A stretch of 32,000 nt of DNA from an uncultured Oscillospiraceae bacterium (GTDB taxonomy: Bacteria; Bacillota; Clostridia; Oscillospirales; Oscillospiraceae): positions 14,578 to 46,577 of the forward strand of contig CAJUKH010000066.1 of assembly GCA_910587345.1 (NCBI GenBank). Reading direction: 5' to 3'. Positions 24,006 through 32,000 of the stretch are shown here, one piece after another (the first letter of the stretch is position 1; each line of letters starts with the position of its first letter). The notes below the pieces were generated by a model. That model was not told the origin of the DNA, searched no databases, and was given only the letters and a program-made list of their open reading frames with translations. The position numbers and the translations under genes were made by a program.

Positions 24006-25172
24006 ATGGAAATCAACGGTCAACAAGTAAATGAGATAAAACGCTATGACGAGATGGGGCTGTCCCCCGAGATCATGAAGGCGCTCAACAAAAAGGGCTA
24101 TGAGTGGGCCACCCCCGTGCAGTCCGGGGCCATTCCCTACTTTATGGAGGGCCGGGACGTCATTGCCAAGGCCCCCACCGGCACCGGCAAGACCTTCGCC
24201 TTCGGCATCCCCATGGTGGAACACGCCGACCCGGAGTCCACCGATGTGAACTTCCTTGTCCTGGCCCCCACCCGGGAGCTGGCCATCCAGATCCAGGAGG
24301 AGCTGCGGGACCTGTGCGAATTTAAGGAGGGGGTCCGTACCGTGGTCCTTTACGGCGGCGCCCCCATCGAAAAACAGATCAAGCAGCTGAAAAACCGTCC
24401 CCAGATCGTGGTGGCCACCCCGGGGCGGCTGATGGACCATATGAAGCGGCGGACGGTGCGGCTGGACCATGTGGAGACCGTGGTGCTGGACGAGGCCGAT
24501 CGGATGCTGGACATGGGCTTTATCCGGGACGTGACCCATATCCTGGACCAAATCAAGTCCCGGAAAAACATCGGTATGTTCTCCGCCACCATCTCCCGGG
24601 AGGTGATGGACATCTCCTGGGTCTATCAGCGGGACCCGGTGGAGATCACCGTTCAGGCCGATGACCAGAACAAGCCCGACATTGACCAGTACCGCATCGA
24701 GGTGGACCGCTCCGCCAAAGCGGAACTGATGCTGCGGCTCATGGAACACGGCGGCTATGAGCGGGCCATCGCCTTTTGCAACACCAAGAACATGACCGAC
24801 CGCCTCACCGGGCTTCTCCGCATGGGGGGCTTAAAGTGCGAGGCCATCCACGGCGATATCCAACAGTCCGCCCGGGAAAAGACCCTCCAACGGTTCCGGG
24901 ACGGGAAATTACAGGTGCTGGTGGCCACCGACGTGGCCGCCCGGGGGCTGGACATTGACGACGTGGACGTGGTCTTTAACTATGACGTGCCCGACGAAAA
25001 TGAATACTATGTCCACCGCATCGGCCGTACCGGCCGGGCCAGGCGCCACGGAGTGGCCTATACCTTCCTCTCCGGTATCACCGAAGAACTGCGGATGGAC
25101 CAAATCATAAAAGGCACCCGGAACACGGTAAAAAAGCTCCGCTATGACAAGGGCACTTTGGAGGAACTGTAA
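24006..25172 (+). CDS. DEAD-box ATP-dependent RNA helicase (short, 388 aa)
   Basis: Q motif (WATPVQ), motif I AKAPTGTGKT, PTRELA, DEAD (VLDEADRM), SAT and HRIGRTGR. Confidence 0.9.
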   Translation: MEINGQQVNEIKRYDEMGLSPEIMKALNKKGYEWATPVQSGAIPYFMEGRDVIAKAPTGTGKTFAFGIPMVEHADPESTDVNFLVLAPTRELAIQIQEELRDLCEFKEGVRTVVLYGGAPIEKQIKQLKNRPQIVVATPGRLMDHMKRRTVRLDHVETVVLDEADRMLDMGFIRDVTHILDQIKSRKNIGMFSATISREVMDISWVYQRDPVEITVQADDQNKPDIDQYRIEVDRSAKAELMLRLMEHGGYERAIAFCNTKNMTDRLTGLLRMGGLKCEAIHGDIQQSAREKTLQRFRDGKLQVLVATDVAARGLDIDDVDVVFNYDVPDENEYYVHRIGRTGRARRHGVAYTFLSGITEELRMDQIIKGTRNTVKKLRYDKGTLEEL

Positions 25173-25211
25173 GAGAATTTCCACACCTCACACAAGGAGA
25201 GGACTCTTTTT

Positions 25212-26129
25212 ATGATCGACTTTCACACCCCCGATATCGCCGACCGATGTTGGGCCGAGGAACGGCTGGCGGGCAACTCCAGCCGGGCCTGCGAGTATAA
25301 TTTCACTACCCTGCTGGTCTGGGCGGCGGGATATCAGATCACCATTGCCGATGTGGAGGGCTTTCTGACCGTCCGGCTGCGGGGGGAGGGGGGCTTCGGC
25401 TACCTCTGGCCTGCGGGGAACGGGGATCTGTCCCGGGTCCTGACCCTTTTGGAAGCCGACGCCGCAGAGCGGGGAGAACCCTTTCGGCTCCTCTGCCTTT
25501 TGGAGCATGAGATGGCCCGGCTGAACGAGCTGCGGCCAGGGCAGTTTGCCTTTACGCCCCACCGGAACAGCTTTGATTATCTCTACGAAGTGGACAAGCT
25601 GGCCGACCTGGGGGGCCGAAAGCTCCACGCCAAGCGAAACCACTGCAAGCATTTTGAGGAGGAAAATCCCTCCTGGAGTTACTCCCCCATGACCGCCGCC
25701 GATTTGACCGAGTGCATGGAGCTGAACGACCGGTGGGACGCCGCCGGCCGGGTCCGGGAGGGGGAGGAGGAAGCCGAAGACATTTTCAACGAGAAAAAGG
25801 GCATTCTTCTGGCCTTCCGCCACTTTGATGAATTGGGACTGGAGGGGGGCGTTCTCCGGGTGGACGGAAAGGTCGTGGCCTTCACCATGGCCAACCGGCT
25901 CACCGCCGACACCTTTGACGTCCACTTTGAAAAGGCCTTTGGCGAAATGCAGGGCGACTACGCCGTCATCAACCGGGAGTTTGCCCGGCAGATCCGCCGG
26001 CAGCACCCGGAGGTCAAATACCTCAACCGGGAGGACGACATGGGGCTGGAGGGTCTTCGCCGGGCCAAGGAATCCTACTACCCCGACCTGATGGCAGAAA
26101 AGCACAGCGCAGAGGCTGTCAAACCATGA
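25212..26129 (+). CDS. DUF2156-like protein (LPG-synthase C-terminal / GNAT-fold family)
   Basis: 305 aa. KLHAKRNHCKHF and NREDDMGLEGLRRAKESYYP resemble motifs of the MprF C-terminal-like DUF2156 family (recalled, not searched). Confidence 0.6.
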   Translation: MIDFHTPDIADRCWAEERLAGNSSRACEYNFTTLLVWAAGYQITIADVEGFLTVRLRGEGGFGYLWPAGNGDLSRVLTLLEADAAERGEPFRLLCLLEHEMARLNELRPGQFAFTPHRNSFDYLYEVDKLADLGGRKLHAKRNHCKHFEEENPSWSYSPMTAADLTECMELNDRWDAAGRVREGEEEAEDIFNEKKGILLAFRHFDELGLEGGVLRVDGKVVAFTMANRLTADTFDVHFEKAFGEMQGDYAVINREFARQIRRQHPEVKYLNREDDMGLEGLRRAKESYYPDLMAEKHSAEAVKP

Positions 26130-26178
26130 TTTGACAGCCTCTGATTTTTGTCCCTGTCTATGAAAGGAGAGCGTTTTT

Positions 26179-27057
26179 ATGCTGGAAATGCACACCCTTC
26201 GCCCCGAGGAGCGGCCCCAGGCCACCGCCTTGTGGCAGATGGTTTTTGGAGATGAAAAGGCCCTTATTGACGCCTTTCTGGACCAATACAGCACCCCCGG
26301 CGATCTCTTTGTCCTCACCGACGGAGACGAAACCAAGGAGGTCATGACCCTATTGGCTCTTCTCCCCCTTACCTTCCGCTGGGCCGATGGGCGGGAAGAG
26401 CCTTTGCCCTACGTCTACGCCCTGGCCACCCGGCCCCACCGGCGGGGAAAGGGCTACGCCCGGCTGCTGCTGCGGTATGCCGCCTATCAGGCCAGTATGC
26501 GCTGGGCAAGGGGCATTGCCACCGTGCCGGCGGAGGCCTCCCTCCACAACTATTTTGCCACCGAGGGTTATCTGGAGTGTTTTACCACCCGGACAGGGAC
26601 GGTGGAAACCGCCGGCCTTCCTGCCCCTGACCCGGAGGACGCCCTGCTTTCGGCCGCCCCGGCGGAATACAACGCCCTGCGGGAAAAACTGCTGGCAGGC
26701 ACAAACCATGCCGCCTATCCCGACGCCCTCATTGCCTTTCAGCAGCTTTTGTGCCAAGGCAGCGGCGGGGATCTGTTTACCTTTACCGTAAACGGCCGGC
26801 CCGGCTGCGCCGCTTTGGAGAAAACAGGAGAGGACCGGATTCTTCTGAAGGAACTGCTTGCCCCCGATGGGGCGGAAACCGCCGCATTGGCCCTTTTGGC
26901 GGCTTCCTGCCCCGCTAAAACCTATCAGTTCCGTACCCCCCTGGGGGCAGGGTCCCCGGGCACCTCCCTCCCCTTCGGCATGGCAAAGCATCTGGGGGAG
27001 GGCAAGCGTCCCCCCTTCGCCCCGGAAGGCTGTTATCTGGGCCTGGCCTTTGATTGA
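26179..27057 (+). CDS. GNAT-family acetyltransferase with an extra C-terminal domain (Eis-like architecture)
   Basis: 292 aa. The ALATRPHRRGKGYARLLL acetyl-CoA motif is followed by a ~150-aa extension. Confidence 0.65.
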   Translation: MLEMHTLRPEERPQATALWQMVFGDEKALIDAFLDQYSTPGDLFVLTDGDETKEVMTLLALLPLTFRWADGREEPLPYVYALATRPHRRGKGYARLLLRYAAYQASMRWARGIATVPAEASLHNYFATEGYLECFTTRTGTVETAGLPAPDPEDALLSAAPAEYNALREKLLAGTNHAAYPDALIAFQQLLCQGSGGDLFTFTVNGRPGCAALEKTGEDRILLKELLAPDGAETAALALLAASCPAKTYQFRTPLGAGSPGTSLPFGMAKHLGEGKRPPFAPEGCYLGLAFD

Positions 27058-27245
27058 CCTTTTGAGAGGGATATCCCGCCCCTGCAATAAAGCAGCGCCT
27101 TGTCAGGAAGGAAAAGCCCCGGAAAGCCCGGTAATACGCAAACACAAAGCGCCGGATACGGGAAGCCGTCAAACAGCGAGGAGCAACATTTCGCTCTGTG
27201 GGGCGTGGGCAAAGCGTTTTATTTGTAAAGCCGCAAACGAAAGGA

Positions 27246-27668
27246 ATGAACGATATGTGGTTTGTATTTGCCCTTCTCTCCGCCCTCTTTGCTGCCGCCA
27301 CCTCCATTCTGGCCAAGGTGGGCATCGAGGGGGTCCCCTCCAACCTGGCCACCGCCCTTCGGACGGTGGTGGTGCTGGCCATGTCCTGGGTCATGGTTTT
27401 TGTGACAAAACAGCAGGGCGGCATCTCTGCCATCACCCCCAAAAGCTGGCTCTTTCTCATCCTCTCCGGGCTGGCCACCGGGGCCTCCTGGCTGTGCTAC
27501 TATCGGGCCATCCAGCTGGGGGAGGTGTCAAAAGTGGTGCCCATTGATAAATTAAGCGTCATCTTTACTCTGGTGCTGGCTTTTGTATTTCTCCATGAGA
27601 AGATGACCCTGAAATCGGTCGTCGGCTGTGCCCTCATTGGCACCGGCACCCTCCTTATGGTGCTGTGA
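27246..27668 (+). CDS. Small EamA/DMT-family transporter (single EamA domain; start ATG 27246 or 27255)
   Basis: Five hydrophobic segments. ATSILAKVGIEGVPSNLATALRT... and PIDKLSVIFTLVLAFVFLHEK are typical of ~140-aa EamA-like proteins. Confidence 0.75.
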   Translation: MNDMWFVFALLSALFAAATSILAKVGIEGVPSNLATALRTVVVLAMSWVMVFVTKQQGGISAITPKSWLFLILSGLATGASWLCYYRAIQLGEVSKVVPIDKLSVIFTLVLAFVFLHEKMTLKSVVGCALIGTGTLLMVL

Positions 27669-27739
27669 AATCTTGACAGGTGTGATATACTGAAAATACC
27701 CATACCGCCAAAAAGCGGAACAACAAGGAGGAAATCAAC

Positions 27740-28093
27740 ATGAGCAAGATCGTGCGCAAAAACGGCAACGGCCGGTATTCCGAAGCCGTCATCCACAACG
27801 GTATCATCTATATCTCCGGCCAGGTGGGCGACCCCAGCGGCAGTGTGGCCGACCAGACCCGGGACATTCTGGCCGCTTTGGAGGAGATTTTGGCCGAGAA
27901 CGGCTCCGACAAGGAGCATATGCTCTCCGCCGCCGTGTATATGGCCGATATGTCCGGCGTGAGCGAGATGAATAAGGTGTGGGATTCCTGGGTCATCCCC
28001 GGTTTCGAGCCTGCCCGTGTCTGCTGCCAGGCCCCTCTGGTAAGCCCCGCTTATAAGGTGGAGATCACTCTGGTGGCCGCCGTTAAGGAATAA
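27740..28093 (+). CDS. RidA/YjgF/TdcF-family protein
   Basis: 117 aa. YSEAVIHNGIIYISGQVG and the C-terminal VEITLVA are the family hallmark. AAGGAGGA RBS. Confidence 0.85.
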   Translation: MSKIVRKNGNGRYSEAVIHNGIIYISGQVGDPSGSVADQTRDILAALEEILAENGSDKEHMLSAAVYMADMSGVSEMNKVWDSWVIPGFEPARVCCQAPLVSPAYKVEITLVAAVKE

Positions 28094-28107
28094 CCGGGCT
28101 GCACCGT

Positions 28108-28147
28108 CAAAAACGCCGCAGGGCATTGCCCTGCGGCGTTTCTTATT
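28108..28147. terminator. Bidirectional intrinsic terminator (RidA-family gene on +, recombinase on -)
   Basis: 13-bp stem ACGCCGCAGGGCA / TGCCCTGCGGCGT, flanked by A5 and a T-rich tract. Confidence 0.8.
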
Positions 28148-28154
28148 CTCATAT

Positions 28155-28958
28155 TCAGCGCAGGTCCCAGCCCACCGTCAGCTGCTCATGCTCCATGATC
28201 TGGTCATAGGCCCGCTGAAACAGCAGCGCCGCATTGGCCCGGATATCGGCCTGGGTATTGTCATAAAGCTGGGAAAGGCAGCGCAGATTGGCCTTGTTTT
28301 CCGGCACTTTGGCGTTGCGGCCGACGCCCCGAATGTTCCGATGGGCCACCACACGGCTGAGGGGAGTGCCGTTTTGGGACTGGAATACAGGCCCCTGTGT
28401 GATCTTCCGCCGGTGGATAAAATTGAGCAGTTCCTTCTGCAAACAGGCGGGGATGGACACCTTTCGGGTGCGGGTATCATTGGCAGCCCGGATACAAAGA
28501 GTCCCCTGTTCAACGGCGTTTACCGTCAGTTCAGGCAGCTCCCGCATCCGCACCCCGGCGCCGCCCACCGTCTTGATCAGAAGATAGGTCTGCTCTTTTC
28601 CCATCTGCCGGGCCGTGGATAACAGCTGTAAATACTCTTCTCTGGTCAGTTGGGGATGGTCTTTCCCCAGGTCCCGGTGAAAGTCGTCCATCTGCCATTC
28701 CGGCTGCCTCAGAAACTCCACAAAACGGTTCCACACAGAGATACGCACATTGACCGTCCGGGGGGCCAGCCCGCTCTGGTCCAGGCTTTTCCGCCACCGG
28801 CGGCCTGTCTCGGCGGTCAGCTCCTCCCCCGGGGCCATGGAGTTGCAAAGAGAAAACAGAATATTCCGATACTGGCTGAGCGTCGCTTCCTGACATCCCT
28901 TCTCCCGCTGCGCCGCAAGAAAGCGTTCAATTTGGGGCGGAAGCATGGTCTTTTCCAT
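28155..28958 (-). CDS. Tyrosine-type site-specific recombinase/integrase-like protein (267 aa from ATG 28958)
   Basis: SAM-like N-terminal domain (IERFLAAQREKGCQEATLSQYRNILFSL). The C-terminal domain has GAGVRMRELPELTV (Arg I), VAHRNIRGVG and a late LSQLYDNT Tyr. These motifs deviate from the canonical HxxR...Y pattern. AAGGAGGG RBS. Confidence 0.65.
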   Translation of the reverse strand: MEKTMLPPQIERFLAAQREKGCQEATLSQYRNILFSLCNSMAPGEELTAETGRRWRKSLDQSGLAPRTVNVRISVWNRFVEFLRQPEWQMDDFHRDLGKDHPQLTREEYLQLLSTARQMGKEQTYLLIKTVGGAGVRMRELPELTVNAVEQGTLCIRAANDTRTRKVSIPACLQKELLNFIHRRKITQGPVFQSQNGTPLSRVVAHRNIRGVGRNAKVPENKANLRCLSQLYDNTQADIRANAALLFQRAYDQIMEHEQLTVGWDLR

Positions 28959-29353
28959 CGGGAGTTCCCTCCTTTTCCATCTTTCCATGATAACATGATA
29001 AAAATACAGACAAAAAGACGATGCCCCCGATGGACAAAGACGGACATGGTCACTCAGAACACACATCTGATGGCTCGCCCACTCCGGGAAAGCCCGCCCG
29101 TGTGGGGTCTGTCCTTGTCGATCAGGGGCATCAACCGTATATTGATATTATAACAATCAAAATCGTGGATTGCAACAGAAACGCCGGGAGAAAAAAGACG
29201 AATTTCCCCCCCTCGCAAAGCCAGAAAAAGTCCCGTTATGCCTTGATTTGTAATGAAAAAAGCCCATTCTTGCCCAAATTGACGATTTGACAATTGAAAA
29301 ATGATAGCAGAACGCATTTGTTAAAATATATGTTATGTGATATTTTTGCAACT

Positions 29354-29400
29354 GAAAACACGGCATTTTCTTGAAAAAATCAAAAAAATGCCGTGTTCAG
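29354..29400 (-). terminator. Intrinsic terminator of the esterase gene
   Basis: 13-bp stem AACACGGCATTTT / AAAATGCCGTGTT. On the minus strand it is followed by TTTCAGTT. Confidence 0.7.
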
Positions 29401-29445
29401 TAACATTTCAGTTCAATAAGCGCATCGCAAGCCGTCTTTGGTATC

Positions 29446-30267
29446 TTATTGTCCCGAAGCGGATACCGGCCGGATGGGCAGCCAATCCAGCACATCCCGA
29501 ATGTGGGCATCCCAGAACTCCCAGTCATGGATGCCGGGATGCTCGGCATAGGTCAGCTCCAGCCCCAGCTCCTCCAGCTTCTTTTTGGCGGAGAGGTTGG
29601 CGGGATAGATAAGATCCTCGGTGCCCACGGTCTGATAGATGGGGGGCAGTTTTCTCCCCTCCGCCAGCCGTTTTTGGGCCAGGGCAAAGAGGTCGGCGTC
29701 ACTCCCCTCCACCTTGCCGGGGTCGGCAAAAATGGCGTCCCAGTAGAAGGGCGGCCGGTGGGGTTCCTTCTCCGCATCCTCCAGCGCCGCCAGCAGGTCG
29801 ATGGCCCCCGACAGGCTGGCCGCCGCCCCGAAGCGTTCGGGCATCTCAAAGGCCACCCGCACTGCGCCGTAGCCGCCCATGGAAAGCCCCGCCACAAAGG
29901 TATCCTCCCGCTTGGTGCTGACGGGGAAAAGCCGGGCGATGTAGTCGGGCAGTTCCCGGGTGAAATAGGTCAGATACTTGCCGCCCCGGTACATATCCTG
30001 ATAGAAGCTGTTGTCCGCCGAGGGCATCACCACCGCGATCTTACGCTCCTGGGCATACCTCTCGATGTTGGTCAGCCGGCCCCAGTCGCTGTAATCGCCG
30101 TAGGCCCCGTGGAGAAGATACAGGACAGGATACTTTACCCCATCGTGGAAATAACCGATATCCTGCCCTGTGGACAGCTCTCCGGAATCGGGGGTGGGGA
30201 TGAACACATTCACATCGGTGCCCACCAGCAGTGTGGGAGAGAAGAAGTTCATGTGGAAAAACGCCAT
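29446..30267 (-). CDS. Alpha/beta-hydrolase esterase (esterase D / tributyrin-esterase-like, PF00756-type)
   Basis: YPVLYLLHGAYGDYSDW, the nucleophile elbow GLSMGG, and the late HDWEFW. ATG 30267 has better RBS spacing than ATG 30276. Confidence 0.8.
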   Translation of the reverse strand: MAFFHMNFFSPTLLVGTDVNVFIPTPDSGELSTGQDIGYFHDGVKYPVLYLLHGAYGDYSDWGRLTNIERYAQERKIAVVMPSADNSFYQDMYRGGKYLTYFTRELPDYIARLFPVSTKREDTFVAGLSMGGYGAVRVAFEMPERFGAAASLSGAIDLLAALEDAEKEPHRPPFYWDAIFADPGKVEGSDADLFALAQKRLAEGRKLPPIYQTVGTEDLIYPANLSAKKKLEELGLELTYAEHPGIHDWEFWDAHIRDVLDWLPIRPVSASGQ

Positions 30268-30489
30268 ACCGACCATCCTTTCCCTGCTCTGTTTTACGGC
30301 CGGCCTGATCTGCCGGCCCGTATGGTTTCATTATAAAGGAAAACCTGTCCCGCCACAAGCCATTTCTGGGTAAAATCCATCCTTTTTGCTTCCCGCGCCG
30401 GGAATAACCGCCTTTTTCTTGACATTTTAGGGAAAATCGTTTATTCTTAAATATAATCGATCCATAAACCAGAGAAGCGAGGGGTTCAT

Positions 30490-30846
30490 ATGTCTGATTA
30501 CGCCAGCCGCCGTATTTCCGAAGCCGAGCTTTCGGTGATGGAGACCCTTTGGGATAATGGCTCCCCCATGACCGCAAAGGATCTTCAGGTGCTGTTGAAA
30601 GAACGCCGTGGCTGGGAGCGCACCACCGTCCGCTCCCTGCTGACCCGTCTGCAGGAGAAGGGTTCTGTTCAGGTGGACAAGGATGCCGACGTGGCTACCT
30701 ACGCCCCCAACTTCACCCGGGAGGAGTACGGCTGGGATCTGGCCGAGGTGCTGGTGGACCGGCTTTACGACAAAGACGCCCGGACCCTGGTCACCACTTT
30801 GATAGCGCATGGGATGCTGAAAAAGGAAGATTTGGCCGGACTGTGA
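30490..30846 (+). CDS. BlaI/MecI/CopY-family winged-helix transcriptional repressor
   Basis: 118 aa. ISEAELSVMETLWDNGSPMTAKDLQVLLKERRGWERTTVRSLLTRLQEKGSV is the family signature. Confidence 0.85.
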   Translation: MSDYASRRISEAELSVMETLWDNGSPMTAKDLQVLLKERRGWERTTVRSLLTRLQEKGSVQVDKDADVATYAPNFTREEYGWDLAEVLVDRLYDKDARTLVTTLIAHGMLKKEDLAGL

Positions 30847-30858
30847 TAAAATGATGAA

Positions 30859-30896
30859 AAAGGGCGGACTGCACTCTGCGGTTCGTCCTTTTTTTG
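30859..30896 (+). terminator. Intrinsic terminator after the BlaI-like gene
   Basis: 10-bp stem AAGGGCGGAC / GTTCGTCCTT (two G-U pairs) followed by T7. Confidence 0.65.
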
Positions 30897-30907
30897 CGGA
30901 AAAGGGA

Positions 30908-30936
30908 TTGATTTTCCATCCTTTGTAGACTATAAT
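30908..30936 (+). promoter_or_regulatory. Putative typA promoter
   Basis: TTGATT, a 17-nt spacer, then TATAAT. Confidence 0.6.
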
Positions 30937-30990
30937 TATTTTTTGTGTGTGAAAAACTCAGCGTTTGACTTGATTTTAATAAGCGGCAGG

Positions 30991-31070
30991 CCCCCGTGGT
31001 CTTGCCGTGAAGGAGATTTGAATTTTATGCAGAATGATAAACTTCGTAACGTTGCCATCATTGCCCACGT
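30991..31070 (+). repeat. 80-bp perfect direct repeat, copy 1: decoy copy of the typA RBS plus its first ~15 codons
   Basis: Identical to 31230-31309. It opens a 21-codon uORF (31027-31092, [21 protein letters not shown]). Confidence 0.9.
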
Positions 31071-31229
31071 CGTCGGGGCAAAGTCCGTTTAGTTCCGCTT
31101 CCGCCTGCGGCGAAAGCTTCACACACTTTCTTGCCCCTCCTCCCCCCACAAAAGCTGAGGACCGCTTTTGCGGGGACCCCTTTTTGATTTTAATAAACGG
31201 CGCTGCGCGCCGCCCCATCACAGATGGGG

Positions 31230-31309
31230 CCCCCGTGGTCTTGCCGTGAAGGAGATTTGAATTTTATGCAGAATGATAAACTTCGTAACGTTGCCATCAT
31301 TGCCCACGT
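31230..31309 (+). repeat. 80-bp perfect direct repeat, copy 2 (genuine typA translation start region)
   Basis: Identical to 30991-31070. The additional shared motif TTGATTTTAATAA precedes both copies (30970 and 31184). Confidence 0.9.
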
Positions 31310-32000
31310 GGACCATGGCAAGACCACGCTGGTGGATGAGATGCTCAAGCAGGGCGGCATCTACCGGGAGAACCAGGCCACCGTGGACCGGGTCATGGAC
31401 TCTGGCGATCTGGAGCGGGAGCGGGGCATCACCATCCTGGCCAAGAACACCGCCGTCCACTACAAGGACGCCAAGATCAACGTGGTGGACACCCCGGGCC
31501 ACGCCGACTTCGGCGGCGAGGTGGAGCGTATTTTGAAGATGGTCAACGGCGTTATCCTGCTGGTGGACGCCGCCGAGGGTCCCATGCCCCAGACCCGCTT
31601 CGTGCTGAGCCGCGCCCTGGAGCTGGGCCACCGGGTCATCGTGGTGGTCAACAAAATCGACCGCCCCGACCAGCGCATCCACGAGGTGGTGGACGAGGTA
31701 CTGGAGCTGCTGCTGGATCTGGACGCCACCGACGAGCAGTTGGACTCCCCCATGCTCTTCTGCTCCGGCCGGCAGGGCACTGCCTCCTTCTCTCCCGATG
31801 TGCCCGGCACCGACCTGACCCCCCTCTTCGACACCATCATGGACTACATCCCCGCTCCCGAGGCGGATACCGAGGCCCCCTTCCAGATGCTGGTCAGCTC
31901 CATCGACTACAACGAGTTTGTGGGCCGCATCGCCGTGGGCCGCATTGAGCGGGGCACCATCAAGCAAAACGACGAGATCGTGGTCTGCAACTACCACACC
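31266..32000 (+). CDS. typA: Translational GTPase TypA/BipA (N-terminal 245 aa; continues beyond the window)
   Basis: My own translation reads [31 protein letters not shown]...[14 protein letters not shown]...NKIDR, which covers the G1, G3 and G4 motifs. AAGGAG RBS. Not in the track because it is edge-truncated. Confidence 0.9.
   Translation, partial: MQNDKLRNVAIIAHVDHGKTTLVDEMLKQGGIYRENQATVDRVMDSGDLERERGITILAKNTAVHYKDAKINVVDTPGHADFGGEVERILKMVNGVILLVDAAEGPMPQTRFVLSRALELGHRVIVVVNKIDRPDQRIHEVVDEVLELLLDLDATDEQLDSPMLFCSGRQGTASFSPDVPGTDLTPLFDTIMDYIPAPEADTEAPFQMLVSSIDYNEFVGRIAVGRIERGTIKQNDEIVVCNYHT

Noticed and set aside
28155-29066. Recombinase as a marker of an integrated prophage or ICE
   Set aside because: No capsid, terminase, relaxase, excisionase or other mobile-element genes are adjacent. 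The flanking genes (RidA-family gene, esterase) are housekeeping-like with host GC. It is treated as a stand-alone recombinase.

Overview
High-GC (~60%) Clostridia-type chromosomal segment (Gram-positive AGGAGG-type RBSs, SLH surface protein, nifJ). The lineage guess, an Oscillospiraceae/Ruminococcaceae-like gut anaerobe, is inference only. Most of the window is housekeeping: M29 aminopeptidase, queH, tandem GNAT acetyltransferases, lspA-rluD, thiI, nifJ (PFOR), a ComM/YifB ATPase, a DEAD-box helicase, a DUF2156-like protein, an EamA transporter, a RidA-family protein, an esterase, a BlaI-type repressor and typA.

Five stretches are not explained by ordinary genes:
- Two diverged, inverted copies of a ~350-500 nt non-coding, hairpin-rich element bracket lspA-rluD (8030-8560 and 10140-10690).
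- A 1.5-kb low-GC islet lies between thiI and nifJ. It carries a ribbon-helix-helix regulator divergent from three small or membrane genes (12024-13489).
- A ~3-kb minus-strand array of small membrane-protein genes (18.6-21.7 kb) is punctuated by a ~26-nt stem-loop repeat family. It includes a mosaic paralog pair and a very low-GC ORF bracketed by perfect 19-bp inverted repeats.
- A lone tyrosine recombinase sits next to an AT-rich, inverted-repeat-bearing spacer (28155-29445).
- An 80-bp perfect duplication of the typA RBS plus its first ~15 codons creates a decoy uORF in the typA leader (30991-31309).

No rRNA, tRNA, CRISPR array or intact IS/transposase was recognised. Many long ORFs in the supplied track are antisense shadow ORFs typical of high-GC DNA and were not called. 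All family assignments come from reading the translations and were not database-verified.
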